Positions 1 to 9,658 of a stretch of 64,000 nucleotides of DNA are shown here, in pieces. Each line of letters opens with the position of its first letter. The stretch's first letter is position 1. The translations under genes and the position numbers were made by a program. The DNA lies in assembly GCA_009691525.1 (NCBI GenBank), contig SICG01000001.1, positions 791 to 64,790 of the forward strand, read 5' to 3'. The notes beneath the pieces are model-generated. The model ran no database searches. It saw nothing but the letters and a program-made list of their open reading frames with translations, and had not been told where the DNA came from. The DNA comes from Candidatus Latescibacterota bacterium. GTDB lineage: Bacteria > Latescibacterota > UBA2968 > UBA8231.

Positions 1-2057
1 CGCGCCCGGTAGTGGTGCTGGGCCAGGATCACCTGCAGCGAATCGTGGAAGGCGCTCTCTGGACTGGCGCTGCGGTTTTGCAGCATGCCTTCCAGCCAGC
101 CCCGGTACGCCGCATAGGCCGTGGAATCCTGGCGCGGATGGGTTATGTATAGGTAGATAAGTTGGAACATCGTCTCCAGGTCCTCGGGCGACGCCTTTCC
201 CGACAACCCCTCCTCTAACGCGCCTATCCACGGGGAAACCTCCACCACCTTGCCGGCCAGCAGCTTCTGCAACTCCACCTGACTGAAGCGCCCCACCCCC
301 CCTTCCTTGACCACTGCGTCGGCCGTCACCCCGGCCACGTATTCCGAGTCTGCCGCCAGGGAGTGGCCGCCCGGACTGTAGGCGGTGAGGAGTACCTCGT
401 CGTTTTTAAACGAAGTGGGCTTGAGCACCAAGCCCACCCCGTTGCCCAGCTGCCAGGCCGTCAGCCCCAATTCTGGGATCTCCCGGGTGGAGACGATGGC
501 AGCGGAGACCGGCAGCGTGTCGAGCAGAGTCACACCGGCCAGCTGATCCTTGTACGGGGGGATTTTCTTTTTTTTCACCCGCGAGAAGACCGCCTTGAGC
601 TGCGCCTCAGTTGGCACCTGCACCTCCGCTTTTTCGGGCAGGCTCACTACCACCACCAGGTTGCGCTCGCCCTCCCAAGTCCTGGCCAACGCCTGGACCT
701 CCTCCAACCCGATCTGGGGGAGAAAGGTATGGTAGATGCCGTATTCGTACACGATCCCCGGGATGGGCTCATCCTCGAGGAAATAACGCAGGTACTCGTC
801 GGCAAAATCCCCCGACTCGCTCTTGTCCCGCTCCCGGTACGCCTGCTCGACGCTGCGCAGCAGTTCTTTTTTCTCGCGCTCCAACTCGGTGCCGACAAAA
901 CCGTGCAACTCCACCCGCCGACACTCGGTCAGCAGCGCTTCCAGCCCGCGCTCCAGCCCCTGGTCAGCCACTCTGGCCCCGAGATAAAAACTCGCCTTGG
1001 TCTGCACCAGCAGATCCAAGCCCGCGTAGGCTGAGAGGAAAGGCGGATGCTCCGCCACACTCTGCTCGTAAAGCCGGCGGTTGAGCATGCCCTGGTACAG
1101 GGCCTCCACCAGATAGCGCCGGTAACCGCCGATGGTCTGGTGGGGATCGACGTCCTTCTTGAAATAGAGCGCCACGCTGGAGCCGGTGGCCTCTGGATCG
1201 GTATTGATGGAGAAAAGCGGTTGCTCGTGGTCGGGCACCGGATAGCTGGGCCGCACCACCAGGGTGGCCGAGGCCGGCAACTGTCCCAGATAGGTGTGCG
1301 CCAATTCCTCCACTTGCACCGGGTCGAAATCCCCCACCGCCACCAGGGCCATCAGTTCGGGGCGATACCAGCGCTGATAAAAGCGCCGCAGGCCCTCCCG
1401 GGAAAAAGTGTCCAACACCGCCTTCTCCCCGATGGGCAGCCGGCTGGCGTAGCGCGAATCCTTCAGGATGACCGGAAACTGGCGGTCCAGCAGGCGCGCT
1501 TCGGCACCCCGGTTGCCGCGCCACTCCTCGACCACCACCCCCCGCTCCTGGTCCACCTCTTCGGGATCGAAGCTCACCCCCCCGGCCCAATCCTGTAGGA
1601 TCTGGAAGGCCTTCTCCATCACCCCGGCGCTATCGGTGGGCACCTGGAGCAGGTAGACCGTCTCGTCGAAACCGGTGTAGGCGTTGAGGTCGGGCCCAAA
1701 GCGCATGCCCACCGATTCGAGGTAGTCGACCAACTCCTGCTTGGCAAAGTGCTTGGTGCCGTTGAAGGCCAGGTGTTCGATCACATGGGCCAGTCCCTGC
1801 TGCCCCTCCTCCTCCAGCACCGAACCGGCCTTGACCACCAGGCGCAGTTCGGCGCGGCTCTCTGGCCGGGAGTTGGCCCGGATCAGATAGCGCAGGCCGT
1901 TGTCCAGGGTCCCCTGCTTCACCTGCGGGTCCACGGGCAGGCGCTGGTCCAAGAGCGGGGTGACGTTGGCGGGCGCCTTGCCCAGAGGCCGATGCCCGCC
2001 GGTCCCGCAGCTCCACCACCCCCACGCCGCACAGAGCAAAAGACTGAACAGTTTCAT
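1..2057 (-). CDS. M16-family (pitrilysin/insulinase-like) zinc metallopeptidase, N-terminal 685 codons; 3' end lies beyond the window
   Basis: Not in the ORF track because no stop lies inside the window. Manual minus-strand translation from ATG 2057 stays open to position 1. It begins MKLFSLLLCAAWGWWSCG (signal/lipobox-like), followed by GLAHVIEHLAFNGTKHF, the HxxEH inverted zinc motif of M16 peptidases. Confidence 0.85.
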   Translation of the reverse strand, partial: MKLFSLLLCAAWGWWSCGTGGHRPLGKAPANVTPLLDQRLPVDPQVKQGTLDNGLRYLIRANSRPESRAELRLVVKAGSVLEEEGQQGLAHVIEHLAFNGTKHFAKQELVDYLESVGMRFGPDLNAYTGFDETVYLLQVPTDSAGVMEKAFQILQDWAGGVSFDPEEVDQERGVVVEEWRGNRGAEARLLDRQFPVILKDSRYASRLPIGEKAVLDTFSREGLRRFYQRWYRPELMALVAVGDFDPVQVEELAHTYLGQLPASATLVVRPSYPVPDHEQPLFSINTDPEATGSSVALYFKKDVDPHQTIGGYRRYLVEALYQGMLNRRLYEQSVAEHPPFLSAYAGLDLLVQTKASFYLGARVADQGLERGLEALLTECRRVELHGFVGTELEREKKELLRSVEQAYRERDKSESGDFADEYLRYFLEDEPIPGIVYEYGIYHTFLPQIGLEEVQALARTWEGERNLVVVVSLPEKAEVQVPTEAQLKAVFSRVKKKKIPPYKDQLAGVTLLDTLPVSAAIVSTREIPELGLTAWQLGNGVGLVLKPTSFKNDEVLLTAYSPGGHSLAADSEYVAGVTADAVVKEGGVGRFSQVELQKLLAGKVVEVSPWIGALEEGLSGKASPEDLETMFQLIYLYITHPRQDSTAYAAYRGWLEGMLQNRSASPESAFHDSLQVILAQHHYRA

Positions 2058-2182
2058 TCCTTATCTCCGGTGTGTGAATCCTGTCACAGTGTCGAGATGA
2101 AGATAAGAGCGTGGCCCCAAACCGGGTAGTGATGCTTGGGCTGGGGAGGACCACGCCCTCAGCAGAATGAGGGATCGGCCGC

Positions 2183-3229
2183 TCATTCACCGCTCAGCTC
2201 CACCGGAAGAATAGGACCCCGGACCCCGGCGAGGGTTTTGTTCTCCCAAAAGTGGCCGGCCACTGCGGTGACGGTCCCATAGTTGATCTCGACCTCCTCC
2301 TGGTCAGCCACATGACGGAGAAACCGGTCGAGGACCTGGGCGACCCTCCCGTCGGGCCAGCGATCCCGGGCGATCACCTCGGTGTGGACCCCGATGGCCA
2401 GGCAGGTCTCCTGCCCCTCCTCCTGCGCCCAGCGGCAGTGGGCGTCGAAGATCTCCTCCCGCGCTACGATCCTTGCTCCCAGATACAGCGCATTGGCATC
2501 GACGGCCAGGTTGAGCGGCACTTCGACCAGTTCCAGATGCCCGCCCTCTGGGTGCGGCGGGGGAAGGATAACATGGCGCGACACCCGGTACGGCAGGGTC
2601 AGCGGGGTGATGTGGCCGTACCACTCCAAGAGTTGGTACCAGCACCTCGGGTAATCATTGGGACCCAGGGCCTGGGCCGCAAAGCTGACGCGCATACCCC
2701 GCTTTGCCAGCAAGGACTGAAGCGCGGGGTCCGCAGCGGAATAGCCGGCGCAGAAGGCCGTGGGCCGTCCGAACCCGCGTTTGAGCAAGGACGCGATGCC
2801 GCGGTCTATGATCTCGGCGCGTTCCTCCGGGCCATAACCGGTCATCAGCACATCGTATCCCCCGTCTGCATCTTGCGGGTCCTCGGCGGTGGTCCTGGTG
2901 CCATTGCAACCCGGTGCCTGGTCGCCGACAAAGGGGCCAGTTATGGGGTTGATACCCATCGCCCGGACGAGGTCGTAGTACAGGTGCAAGTGCAGCCCGA
3001 TCTCTGCCCTGCCCCTGGTCTGGGCCTCTTATAGGTATGGGCTGAACGCCGCTTCCGCCCTCGCCATCTCGGGGCGGTCGAGCAATAGGTACCGGGGGTT
3101 GTACAGATGGGTCCATCGGACCAAGGGGTGCGCCTGCGCACAGGCCTCGAACCAGGCTATGGCGGGGGCAGGGTCTACGGGGAGCCCCTCGAAATTTGAA
3201 AAGATAACCAGGTGGACCAGGCCGGACAT
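2183..3229 (-). pseudogene. Carbohydrate-esterase/polysaccharide-deacetylase-like gene interrupted by an in-frame TAA (family call tentative)
   Basis: Track ORFs 3029..3289 and 2183..2989 share one frame and are separated only by TAA at 3029-3031 (...AAFSPYL*EAQTRGRAEIGLHLHLYYDL...). ATG 3229 (MSGLVHLVIF) has a GGAG about 9 nt upstream. The family guess rests on weak motifs (WTHLYNP, EIGLHLHLYYD). Confidence 0.45.
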
Positions 3230-3340
3230 CCCGAATTCTCCAGGCGAGCAGAAGGGTGGATCTGATCTCAATTTTTTTATGACCCCCAAACAAAGAGTTG
3301 ACCTCCTTCGTCGGTCAACCCCTGCGCTAGCTGCCCAATC

Positions 3341-3369
3341 TTGCTTGCCCGAGGGCAGTACCCTATCCT
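3341..3369 (+). promoter_or_regulatory. Putative sigma-70 promoter of the aldo/keto reductase gene
   Basis: TTGCTT (3341-3346), a 17-nt spacer, then TATCCT (3364-3369), about 30 nt upstream of ATG 3400. An AGGA ribosome-binding site lies between them. Confidence 0.3.
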
Positions 3370-3399
3370 AGCCTCCCTCAATCTAGAAAGGAACCCGAC

Positions 3400-4275
3400 A
3401 TGCCAGAACTCGAAAGGCGCCGGCTGGGAAAAACCGGCATGACCCCCAGGGCCCTGGGACTGGGCTGCGCTTTTTTCGGCGGGAACAAGGTCTCCGACCA
3501 GGAAGCCGTGGAGGGTATCCGCCGCGCCATCGAACTTGGCCTAGATTATCTGGACACCTCTCCCCTGTACAGCGAGAGCGAAAGGCGGGTGGGCTTGGCT
3601 CTGGAAGGCGGGTGGCGGGAGCGGATATATCTGCAAACCAAGACCGGTACCCATCCCGAGAAACGCGGCGACTTTTCGGCGGCGGCCACCCGCTGGAGTG
3701 TGGAGAACAGCCTGCACTTGCTCAAGACCGATTACCTCGACTCAGTGCTCATCCACGATCCGCCCGACATCGAGACCCCCCTGGCCCCCGGCAACGCCTT
3801 GGACGAGTTGCTCCGGATGAAGGAAGAGGGGATCATCGGCCATATCGGGCTGGGGGTGCGGCAGCACGAATTCCATCGCCGGGCTATCGAGACCGGCCAC
3901 ATCGAGATCGTGCTCAGCTACCTCGATTACACCCTGATCGACCAGTCAGTGGCGGCCACTACCCTGCCCCTGGCCCGCGAAAAGAGCGTGGGCATCATCC
4001 TGGCCAGCGCCCTGGGCATGGGCCGCCTGGCCGGCCCGGAGCCAGATCCACGGGCCGAACCCAAGGCCCACGCCATCTGGGCCTGGTGCCGCCAGCGCGG
4101 CGTCAACATCCGCCACCTGGCCCTGCAGTTCGTCCTGGCCGCCCCCATAGCCGGGATCGCCATGTCCGGCCCCTGCACCCGGCAGCAAGTGGAGGAGGTG
4201 TACCAGGCGGCCACCACCCAGGTACCCGCCGAGGTTTGGCGGGACTTCAAGGCCGAGTTCGGCGTGGGATTATAG
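3400..4275 (+). CDS. Aldo/keto reductase family oxidoreductase
   Basis: 291-aa ORF. LGKTGMTPRALGLGCAFFGG and GLDYLDTSPLYSESERRVG resemble AKR N-terminal signatures. An AGGA RBS lies upstream. Confidence 0.88.
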   Translation: MPELERRRLGKTGMTPRALGLGCAFFGGNKVSDQEAVEGIRRAIELGLDYLDTSPLYSESERRVGLALEGGWRERIYLQTKTGTHPEKRGDFSAAATRWSVENSLHLLKTDYLDSVLIHDPPDIETPLAPGNALDELLRMKEEGIIGHIGLGVRQHEFHRRAIETGHIEIVLSYLDYTLIDQSVAATTLPLAREKSVGIILASALGMGRLAGPEPDPRAEPKAHAIWAWCRQRGVNIRHLALQFVLAAPIAGIAMSGPCTRQQVEEVYQAATTQVPAEVWRDFKAEFGVGL

Positions 4276-4295
4276 TGGACTGGTCAATCCTATTA

Positions 4296-4823
4296 ATGGA
4301 TTTTGTGCCGCTGCTGGTCTTTGTCGTCGTCGACAGCCTCAGCAACATGCGGCGGGCAGTGGTCTGGGCCCTGGCGGTGGCCGGCGTCGAATTGATCTGG
4401 GAGTTCTGCACCTTTGGCGAGATCGACGAGTTCTCCATGCTCTCGACCCTGCTGATCCTCATCTTCGGGGGCCTCGCCCTCAAATACAACAACGCACTCT
4501 TCATCAAGTTCAAGCCGGTGATCCTCAGCCTCTTCACTGCCCTGGCGTTGCTGATCACTTGGGGTCTGGGCAAGCCGCTGCTGGTGACGGCCATGGACCG
4601 CTACGGCCCCCTCTTACCCGCCCAGTTCCAACCGCTGGTCCACCTGCCCCGCATGCAGGAGATCCTGGCCAGGGCCACCCTGTACCTGGGTTTCGGCTTT
4701 CTGCTTCACGCCGGGGTGGTGGCTTGGGCCGCGCTGCGCCTGGGTAGTTGGGGCTGGCTGCTTACCCGCAGCGCCGGCGCCTATCTGATGATGTTCGTCG
4801 CCCTCTGGCTGGCGGCCCGCTGA
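4296..4823 (+). CDS. Intracellular septation protein A (IspZ/YciB) family inner-membrane protein
   Basis: This is the last 176 codons of track ORF 3612..4823; the upstream part overprints the AKR gene in another frame. MDFVPLLVFVVV... and FGGLALKYNNALFIKFKPVILSLF align by eye with E. coli YciB (DFLPLVVFF..., FGGLTLFFHNDEFIKWKV). GTG 4275 is an alternative start. Confidence 0.7.
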   Translation: MDFVPLLVFVVVDSLSNMRRAVVWALAVAGVELIWEFCTFGEIDEFSMLSTLLILIFGGLALKYNNALFIKFKPVILSLFTALALLITWGLGKPLLVTAMDRYGPLLPAQFQPLVHLPRMQEILARATLYLGFGFLLHAGVVAWAALRLGSWGWLLTRSAGAYLMMFVALWLAAR

Positions 4824-4827
4824 GGGC

Positions 4828-4861
4828 AAAAAAAAAGGACAGGAGCCCTGCTCCTGTCCTT
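4828..4861. terminator. Intrinsic terminator between convergent genes, strongest for the minus-strand L,D-transpeptidase gene
   Basis: A9 (4828-4836), then stem GGACAGGAG (4837-4845), loop CCCTG, stem CTCCTGTCC (4851-4859). On the minus strand the hairpin is followed by U9. Confidence 0.7.
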
Positions 4862-4880
4862 CCCTTCTCAAGATCATCCC

Positions 4881-6113
4881 TCAGAATCTGGAACCTGCGA
4901 CCGCTTTGTTGTCCCAGGCGCCGACGATAGTCACCGGGGTATTGACCCCCACCGTGCGGAAAAGCTCGTCCATGTCGGGATTGGCCAGCGCCACACAACC
5001 GGCCGTCCAATCCTGGCCCCGTCCACCGCCGGAGTGGATCTGGATGGCATAACCGGGGTTGGCCCCCTTTCTTATTTTTCCCTTGCGCTTGTCTTCGTTG
5101 ATACGCCGGAGGTCGTCGGCGTTGGGGTAGTTCAAGTCCAGGGCCTTGTGCCCGTCGGGCCGCTGGCGCTTGCCGATAATCCGGTACTTGCCCTCGGGGG
5201 TGACCTTGTCGCCGGACATGCTCTTTTCAGCCATCCAGTTGGCCCCCAGATCCGCATCGTAGCGCTTCTTGAGGCGGCCGTCGTAATAGAGGTAACAGGT
5301 GTGGCTGCTCTTGTCCACGATCAGCGCGTACCCCTTCTGACGTGCCGAGACCTCGACCGTCTCTTTGGCCCACTTGCCCCAGCGATCGCGCTTGCCCCGC
5401 AAATAATCGGCAATGTAAGTACCGGTGCCTTCCCGCACCGTATTGACGATGGTGGACACCTCCTGAAACTTCTGATCGACCACGTCCAGGTCCCCCTGGC
5501 GCAAACGATCCTGCGCCGCACTGAGGGTCAGCTCAGCCCGAGTGAGGTTGCGGTTATACGCTCGGTGCTTGGGGATGCCCCGGGTGCTCTGGAAGGCCTG
5601 CAGCAAGTTGGTGTTCACTTCCTTGAGCCTGGCCTCCAGTTGGGCCTGGCGGGCCTGGCGGGCCTCCAGGGTAGCCGTGGCCGCTGCCTGCGCATGGTGC
5701 GAAGCCGCCAGAGCGGCGGTGAAGGCAGGGGTATAATCCCGCATCGGCTCGAACCACTGCCCCTGCTCCGCGCGGATCTTGCGGAACGAGGCGTCGAGGG
5801 AGTCCTTGGCCGCCTCTAGAAGTTCGGGGGCGTACTGGGCCGCCCCTTCTTCCTCGGCGTAGACAATATCCCGGTTGGCGATCTCCAGGGTGTGTTTGGG
5901 GGGAACCGCACAAGCAACACAACAGGCGGCGGCAGCCAGCCACACCCAGGTAAAGCGAGACGAAGAGAGAGATAGAGATCTGCGGGTCAGCATGGCCAGA
6001 AGGGTCGAAAACAGGGGTCTGTGGGGAAAGTTCAGCAACATGAATCGAGGAGGTGTTCTAAAGTAAAAGGGTGCCCCCAAAATGTCAAAGGCTTTTGCCA
6101 AAAATAGCTTCAT
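4881..6113 (-). CDS. L,D-transpeptidase (YkuD-domain) protein
   Basis: The C-terminal IQIHSGGGRGQDWTAGCVALAN matches the YkuD His...Cys catalytic motif. There is a hydrophobic signal-like segment, WVWLAAAACCVAC. Start 6113 overlaps the recG stop (ATGA); internal ATGs at 6041 and 5993 are alternatives. Confidence 0.85.
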   Translation of the reverse strand: MKLFLAKAFDILGAPFYFRTPPRFMLLNFPHRPLFSTLLAMLTRRSLSLSSSRFTWVWLAAAACCVACAVPPKHTLEIANRDIVYAEEEGAAQYAPELLEAAKDSLDASFRKIRAEQGQWFEPMRDYTPAFTAALAASHHAQAAATATLEARQARQAQLEARLKEVNTNLLQAFQSTRGIPKHRAYNRNLTRAELTLSAAQDRLRQGDLDVVDQKFQEVSTIVNTVREGTGTYIADYLRGKRDRWGKWAKETVEVSARQKGYALIVDKSSHTCYLYYDGRLKKRYDADLGANWMAEKSMSGDKVTPEGKYRIIGKRQRPDGHKALDLNYPNADDLRRINEDKRKGKIRKGANPGYAIQIHSGGGRGQDWTAGCVALANPDMDELFRTVGVNTPVTIVGAWDNKAVAGSRF

Positions 6114-8119
6114 ATTGCTTCCACCAATCTGAAAGCCTCCTCGCGGGCCGCCGCCAGCAGGCCTTCGTCCCGGGCCAGATCGGCCACTAGCAACTCGGAC
6201 AAGCCGGCCTGGCGCAGGCCCAGCACCTCACCGGGCCCCCGCAATTCCAGATCCCGGCGGGCGATTTCAAAGCCGTCCTGGGTCTGGCACAAAACCTGCA
6301 AACGCTCTGTCTCTTGCGCCGCCTGGCTGCCGGCGATCAGGATGCAGTAGGACTGGGCCGCCCCTCGCCCCACCCGGCCCCGCAACTGGTGCAGCTGGGC
6401 TAGCCCGAAGCGTTCGGCGTGTTCGACGATCATCACCGTGGCGTTGGGCACGTCCACCCCCACCTCCACCACCGTGGTGCAGGCCAGAGCCTGGATCTCT
6501 CCCGCCTTGAAGGCCCGGGCCACCCGGTTCTTCTCCTCGGTCGGCAGTTGTCCGTGTAAGAGCCCCAGGGCAAAGCTCCCCAAAGGCCCCTCCTTTAGTT
6601 CGGCCAAGCCCTCGCTGGCCGACTTGACCGCCAGTTTTTCCGACTCCTCAACCAGGGGATAGACCACGTAGGCCTGCCGGCCCTCGCGGAGTTGAGAAGC
6701 CGCAAACTCTAGAATCTGGGGCCGGCGCTCCGCTCCCCGCAGGGCCGTGCGCACTGGCTTGCGACCCGGGGGCAGTTCGTCGATTACCGAGGATTCCAGG
6801 TCCCCGTACAGGGCCAGCGCCAGGGTGCGCGGGATGGGGGTGGCCGTCATAACCAGCAAGTGCACACCGGGGCCCTTGCCCTGGAGTTCTTCCCGCTGGG
6901 CCACCCCAAAGCGGTGCTGCTCGTCGATGACCGCCAGGCCCAGGGCGGCGAATGCCACCTCGTCCTGGATCAGGGCGTGGGTGCCCACGGCGATGCTGGC
7001 CTCTCCGCTGGCGACGGCTGCCAACGCCTGCCGGCGGCGCGCCGCCGACAACCCCCCCACCAGTAGTTCGACCCGAATCCCCAAGGGTTCGGCCAGGGCG
7101 CGCAAGGTGGCGGCATGTTGTTCGGCGAGAATTTCCGTGGGGGCCATCAGCGCCGCCTGGCTGCCGGCTTCCACCGCCTGCAACATGGCGGCCAGGGCCA
7201 CCAGGGTCTTGCCCGAGCCCACATCGCCCTGCAACAGGCGGCTCATCCGCATCGGCTGTTCTAGGTCGGCGGAGATCTCCCCCAGCACCCGCTGCTGGGC
7301 TCCGGTCAGGGCAAAGGGCAGCCTGGCCAGCAGGGCCGGCACCAGGTGCTGGCTGCGGGCCAGGGGCCGGGCCACCCCGACGCGGCGCCGGGCCAGCCGC
7401 AGGTGTGCCAGTCGCAACTGCAACGCAAAACATTCGTCGAAGGCCAGGCGCCGGCGGGCCAGGGCCACCTCCTCCCAGCTGCGGGGAAAGTGGATCTGGC
7501 GCAAGCTCTCTCCCAGGCCACACAGGCCCAGCCGCTGCCGCAACTCGGCCGGCAGGGGATCCTGCACCCGGGGGATGAACTCCTCGATGGCTGCGTGGAC
7601 CAGCCGGCGGAACCCCCGGCTGCGCAGTCCCTTGTCCTTCATGTCGGCACTAGTGGTGTAAAGGGGGACGATGCCACCGGTATGCAGCAGTTCCGGTTCG
7701 CCGGTGCCAGCGACAAACTCGCATTCCGGGTGGGTGATCTGCAGCCGGCCCTGAAAATGCTCCACTTTGCCACTGAGGGCCAACACATCCCCTTCGTCGA
7801 AATGCCGCTGCAAGTACCGCGCCCCCTGGAACCACACACAGGCAATCTCTTCAGACCCATCTTCTACAATCAGCACAAAGCGGGGGTGGGCCCCCGGAAT
7901 GAAACGTTTCTGCCGCACTTTTCCGATCAAGGTCACCTCCTGGCCGGGAGGAACCTGGGCGATGGGCAGGATGCAACTGCGATCCAGGTAGCGCCGGGGC
8001 AGATAATAGAGCAGATCCTGGAGGGTGCTGATCCCCACCTCGCCGAGCACTGCCGCCCGCCTGTTTCCCACGCCCCTGAGCTGGGAGACCGGGATCTGAA
8101 GCTCTGCAACCTGAGCCAT
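6110..8119 (-). CDS. recG: ATP-dependent DNA helicase RecG
   Basis: Helicase motifs GDVGSGKT, VIDEQHRFG and MTATPIPRT are present, and the N-terminus VSQLRGVGNRRAAVLGEVGISTLQDLLYYLPRRY is RecG-like. I moved the start to ATG 8119 because 8120-8164 is AT-rich and looks non-coding. Confidence 0.93.
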   Translation of the reverse strand: MAQVAELQIPVSQLRGVGNRRAAVLGEVGISTLQDLLYYLPRRYLDRSCILPIAQVPPGQEVTLIGKVRQKRFIPGAHPRFVLIVEDGSEEIACVWFQGARYLQRHFDEGDVLALSGKVEHFQGRLQITHPECEFVAGTGEPELLHTGGIVPLYTTSADMKDKGLRSRGFRRLVHAAIEEFIPRVQDPLPAELRQRLGLCGLGESLRQIHFPRSWEEVALARRRLAFDECFALQLRLAHLRLARRRVGVARPLARSQHLVPALLARLPFALTGAQQRVLGEISADLEQPMRMSRLLQGDVGSGKTLVALAAMLQAVEAGSQAALMAPTEILAEQHAATLRALAEPLGIRVELLVGGLSAARRRQALAAVASGEASIAVGTHALIQDEVAFAALGLAVIDEQHRFGVAQREELQGKGPGVHLLVMTATPIPRTLALALYGDLESSVIDELPPGRKPVRTALRGAERRPQILEFAASQLREGRQAYVVYPLVEESEKLAVKSASEGLAELKEGPLGSFALGLLHGQLPTEEKNRVARAFKAGEIQALACTTVVEVGVDVPNATVMIVEHAERFGLAQLHQLRGRVGRGAAQSYCILIAGSQAAQETERLQVLCQTQDGFEIARRDLELRGPGEVLGLRQAGLSELLVADLARDEGLLAAAREEAFRLVEAI

Positions 8120-8236
8120 TCTCCTTAAGCCATTGTTATCCAATAACATAATATTTGATACCAAATAACACTAATAAATTCTCTGTTTTTGCCGATCCAA
8201 TCAATGAGGGACTATTTTAAACGAGGAGAAATTCAG

Positions 8237-9046
8237 ATGAAGCCTGCCAGCCGCACACCCGATCTGCCCAGCACCCTGAAAATTGGCACCCGCTTCCTGC
8301 TGTCCTTTGAGGGCGCCGACACCGCCGGCCCTCCCTACCACGGGCGGCTGCAGGAGTGGAGTGAGGACGGCTGTCTGTGTGTCGATGCCCCCTCTCATTT
8401 CCAGCCCCAGCGCGGCACTCCGATCACCCTACAGAGCCTGGAGCCCAAGAGCTACAGTTTCTCTAGCGAGGTCATGGGTTACAACCGGCTCCAAGGCCCG
8501 CTGCCAGTGCTGTTGGTAAAGCCGCCCCGCCGGCTAGAAGAACCGCCCCAGCCCCGCTCGGCCTACCGGATCTCCGCCTGCTTGCGGGCCGAAGCCAAAT
8601 GGCTGGAACAAGACGAGCCGGTCAGTGGCCCAGGGGTGGTCGCCAACCTCAGCGGCGGGGGCGCCCAGATCTTCCTGCGCCGCAAGCCGGCAGCCCAAGC
8701 CCTGAGCCTTGGGCTGGTCCTGCCTCAGGATTTCATCGAGGAGGCGGCCAGACGCCAGCTCACCCGCAACGGCCCCACCCTGACCAGCACCGCCCTGTTT
8801 CAGGAACTCTTCCACAACACCTGCGAGCGCATCCGCAACGCCTTTGCCGACTTGCAGGCTCACATCGTACATGTGCAGGTGCGGCAAACCCTGCAGGGCC
8901 CCCTCTACGGACTCTCGCTGGCCTTTGTCTCCCCGCCCGAGGCCTGCTTCCGCCTGGTCAGCTTCCTGGAGCGGCAGGCCATCCGCAAGGGTGTTACCGG
9001 TACCCCTGGTTCACGAAGGAGTCCTTCACTGGCCAAGGTAGCCTGA
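8237..9046 (+). CDS. PilZ-domain (YcgR-like) putative c-di-GMP-binding protein
   Basis: RSAYRI (RxxxR) and ANLSGGGAQIF (D/NxSxxG) motifs lie in the C-terminal half. GGAG sits about 8 nt upstream of ATG 8237, and the gene diverges from recG across an AT-rich spacer. Confidence 0.75.
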   Translation: MKPASRTPDLPSTLKIGTRFLLSFEGADTAGPPYHGRLQEWSEDGCLCVDAPSHFQPQRGTPITLQSLEPKSYSFSSEVMGYNRLQGPLPVLLVKPPRRLEEPPQPRSAYRISACLRAEAKWLEQDEPVSGPGVVANLSGGGAQIFLRRKPAAQALSLGLVLPQDFIEEAARRQLTRNGPTLTSTALFQELFHNTCERIRNAFADLQAHIVHVQVRQTLQGPLYGLSLAFVSPPEACFRLVSFLERQAIRKGVTGTPGSRRSPSLAKVA

Positions 9047-9178
9047 GGCCCAACCTCAACACCCTGCACCTCTGGCGGAACTGCTGGAAAACTTGACCGA
9101 TAGGAGGGGCCGGGTGTACTATTAACAATCCTGCCCGCTCCGCATGTTTTCTATCCTGCCAGCCAGGCCCGAGGTTAA

Positions 9179-9658
9179 ATGCCCGCACGCCGGACCAGTT
9201 TTGCCCAGTATCTCTTCGGCTCCGTGTCCCTGGAACGGCCGCCCTTCTTCTATGCGTATTCCGGCATGTGGCTGCACCTGCTCTTGAGCCTGGTCCTGGT
9301 GCCCCTGTTCGCCCTGCCCCTCTTCGATTCGCTGAGCGCCCTGATGATCGCCAGCCTCAGCCTGGGCATCATCATCTACAGCCTAGTGGCGCGGGAATAC
9401 GGCCTGCTGATCAATATCCTCTCCTACGGCCTGTCAATGGCCCAGTTGACTCCGCTCAAGGCCGACCACGCCCCGCTGATGATGGTCGCCATCCTCGTGG
9501 CCCTGGCTTCCTGCTACCTGATCCTGAGCCAGCAGTACCGCCGCTACATCAAGGAAGTCTACGGCGACGAACACGGCATTCCACTCTGGATCGCCGGGCT
9601 CACCCTCCTGCTGGTCATCATGCACTTCCTCTACGGCCTGAACCTGGTCAACTCCTAA
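9179..9658 (+). CDS. Hypothetical integral membrane protein (about 4 hydrophobic helices)
   Basis: 159-aa ORF with long hydrophobic runs (WLHLLLSLVLVPLFALPLF, LMMVAILVALASCYLIL, WIAGLTLLLVIMHFLY). I recognise no family. It converges on mraY with a 4-nt overlap. Confidence 0.5.
   Translation: MPARRTSFAQYLFGSVSLERPPFFYAYSGMWLHLLLSLVLVPLFALPLFDSLSALMIASLSLGIIIYSLVAREYGLLINILSYGLSMAQLTPLKADHAPLMMVAILVALASCYLILSQQYRRYIKEVYGDEHGIPLWIAGLTLLLVIMHFLYGLNLVNS

Noticed and set aside
3029-3031. Possibility that the in-frame TAA is a recoded or read-through sense codon
   Set aside because: TAA terminates rplD at 48781-48783 at a position consistent with the L4 C-terminus. TAA is therefore an ordinary stop in this genome.
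3612-4823. 403-aa plus-strand ORF spanning most of the AKR gene and the IspZ-like gene
   Set aside because: The first roughly 225 codons overprint the well-supported AKR gene in another frame and are Arg/Pro/Gly-rich GC-shadow sequence. Only the last 176 codons (from ATG 4296) look like a real membrane protein.
6648-7661. Several 200- to 300-aa ORFs on both strands inside recG (6648..7523, 6747..7661, 6952..7578)
   Set aside because: All are Pro/Arg/Gly/Ala-rich alternative-frame products. The recG frame carries all the helicase motifs.
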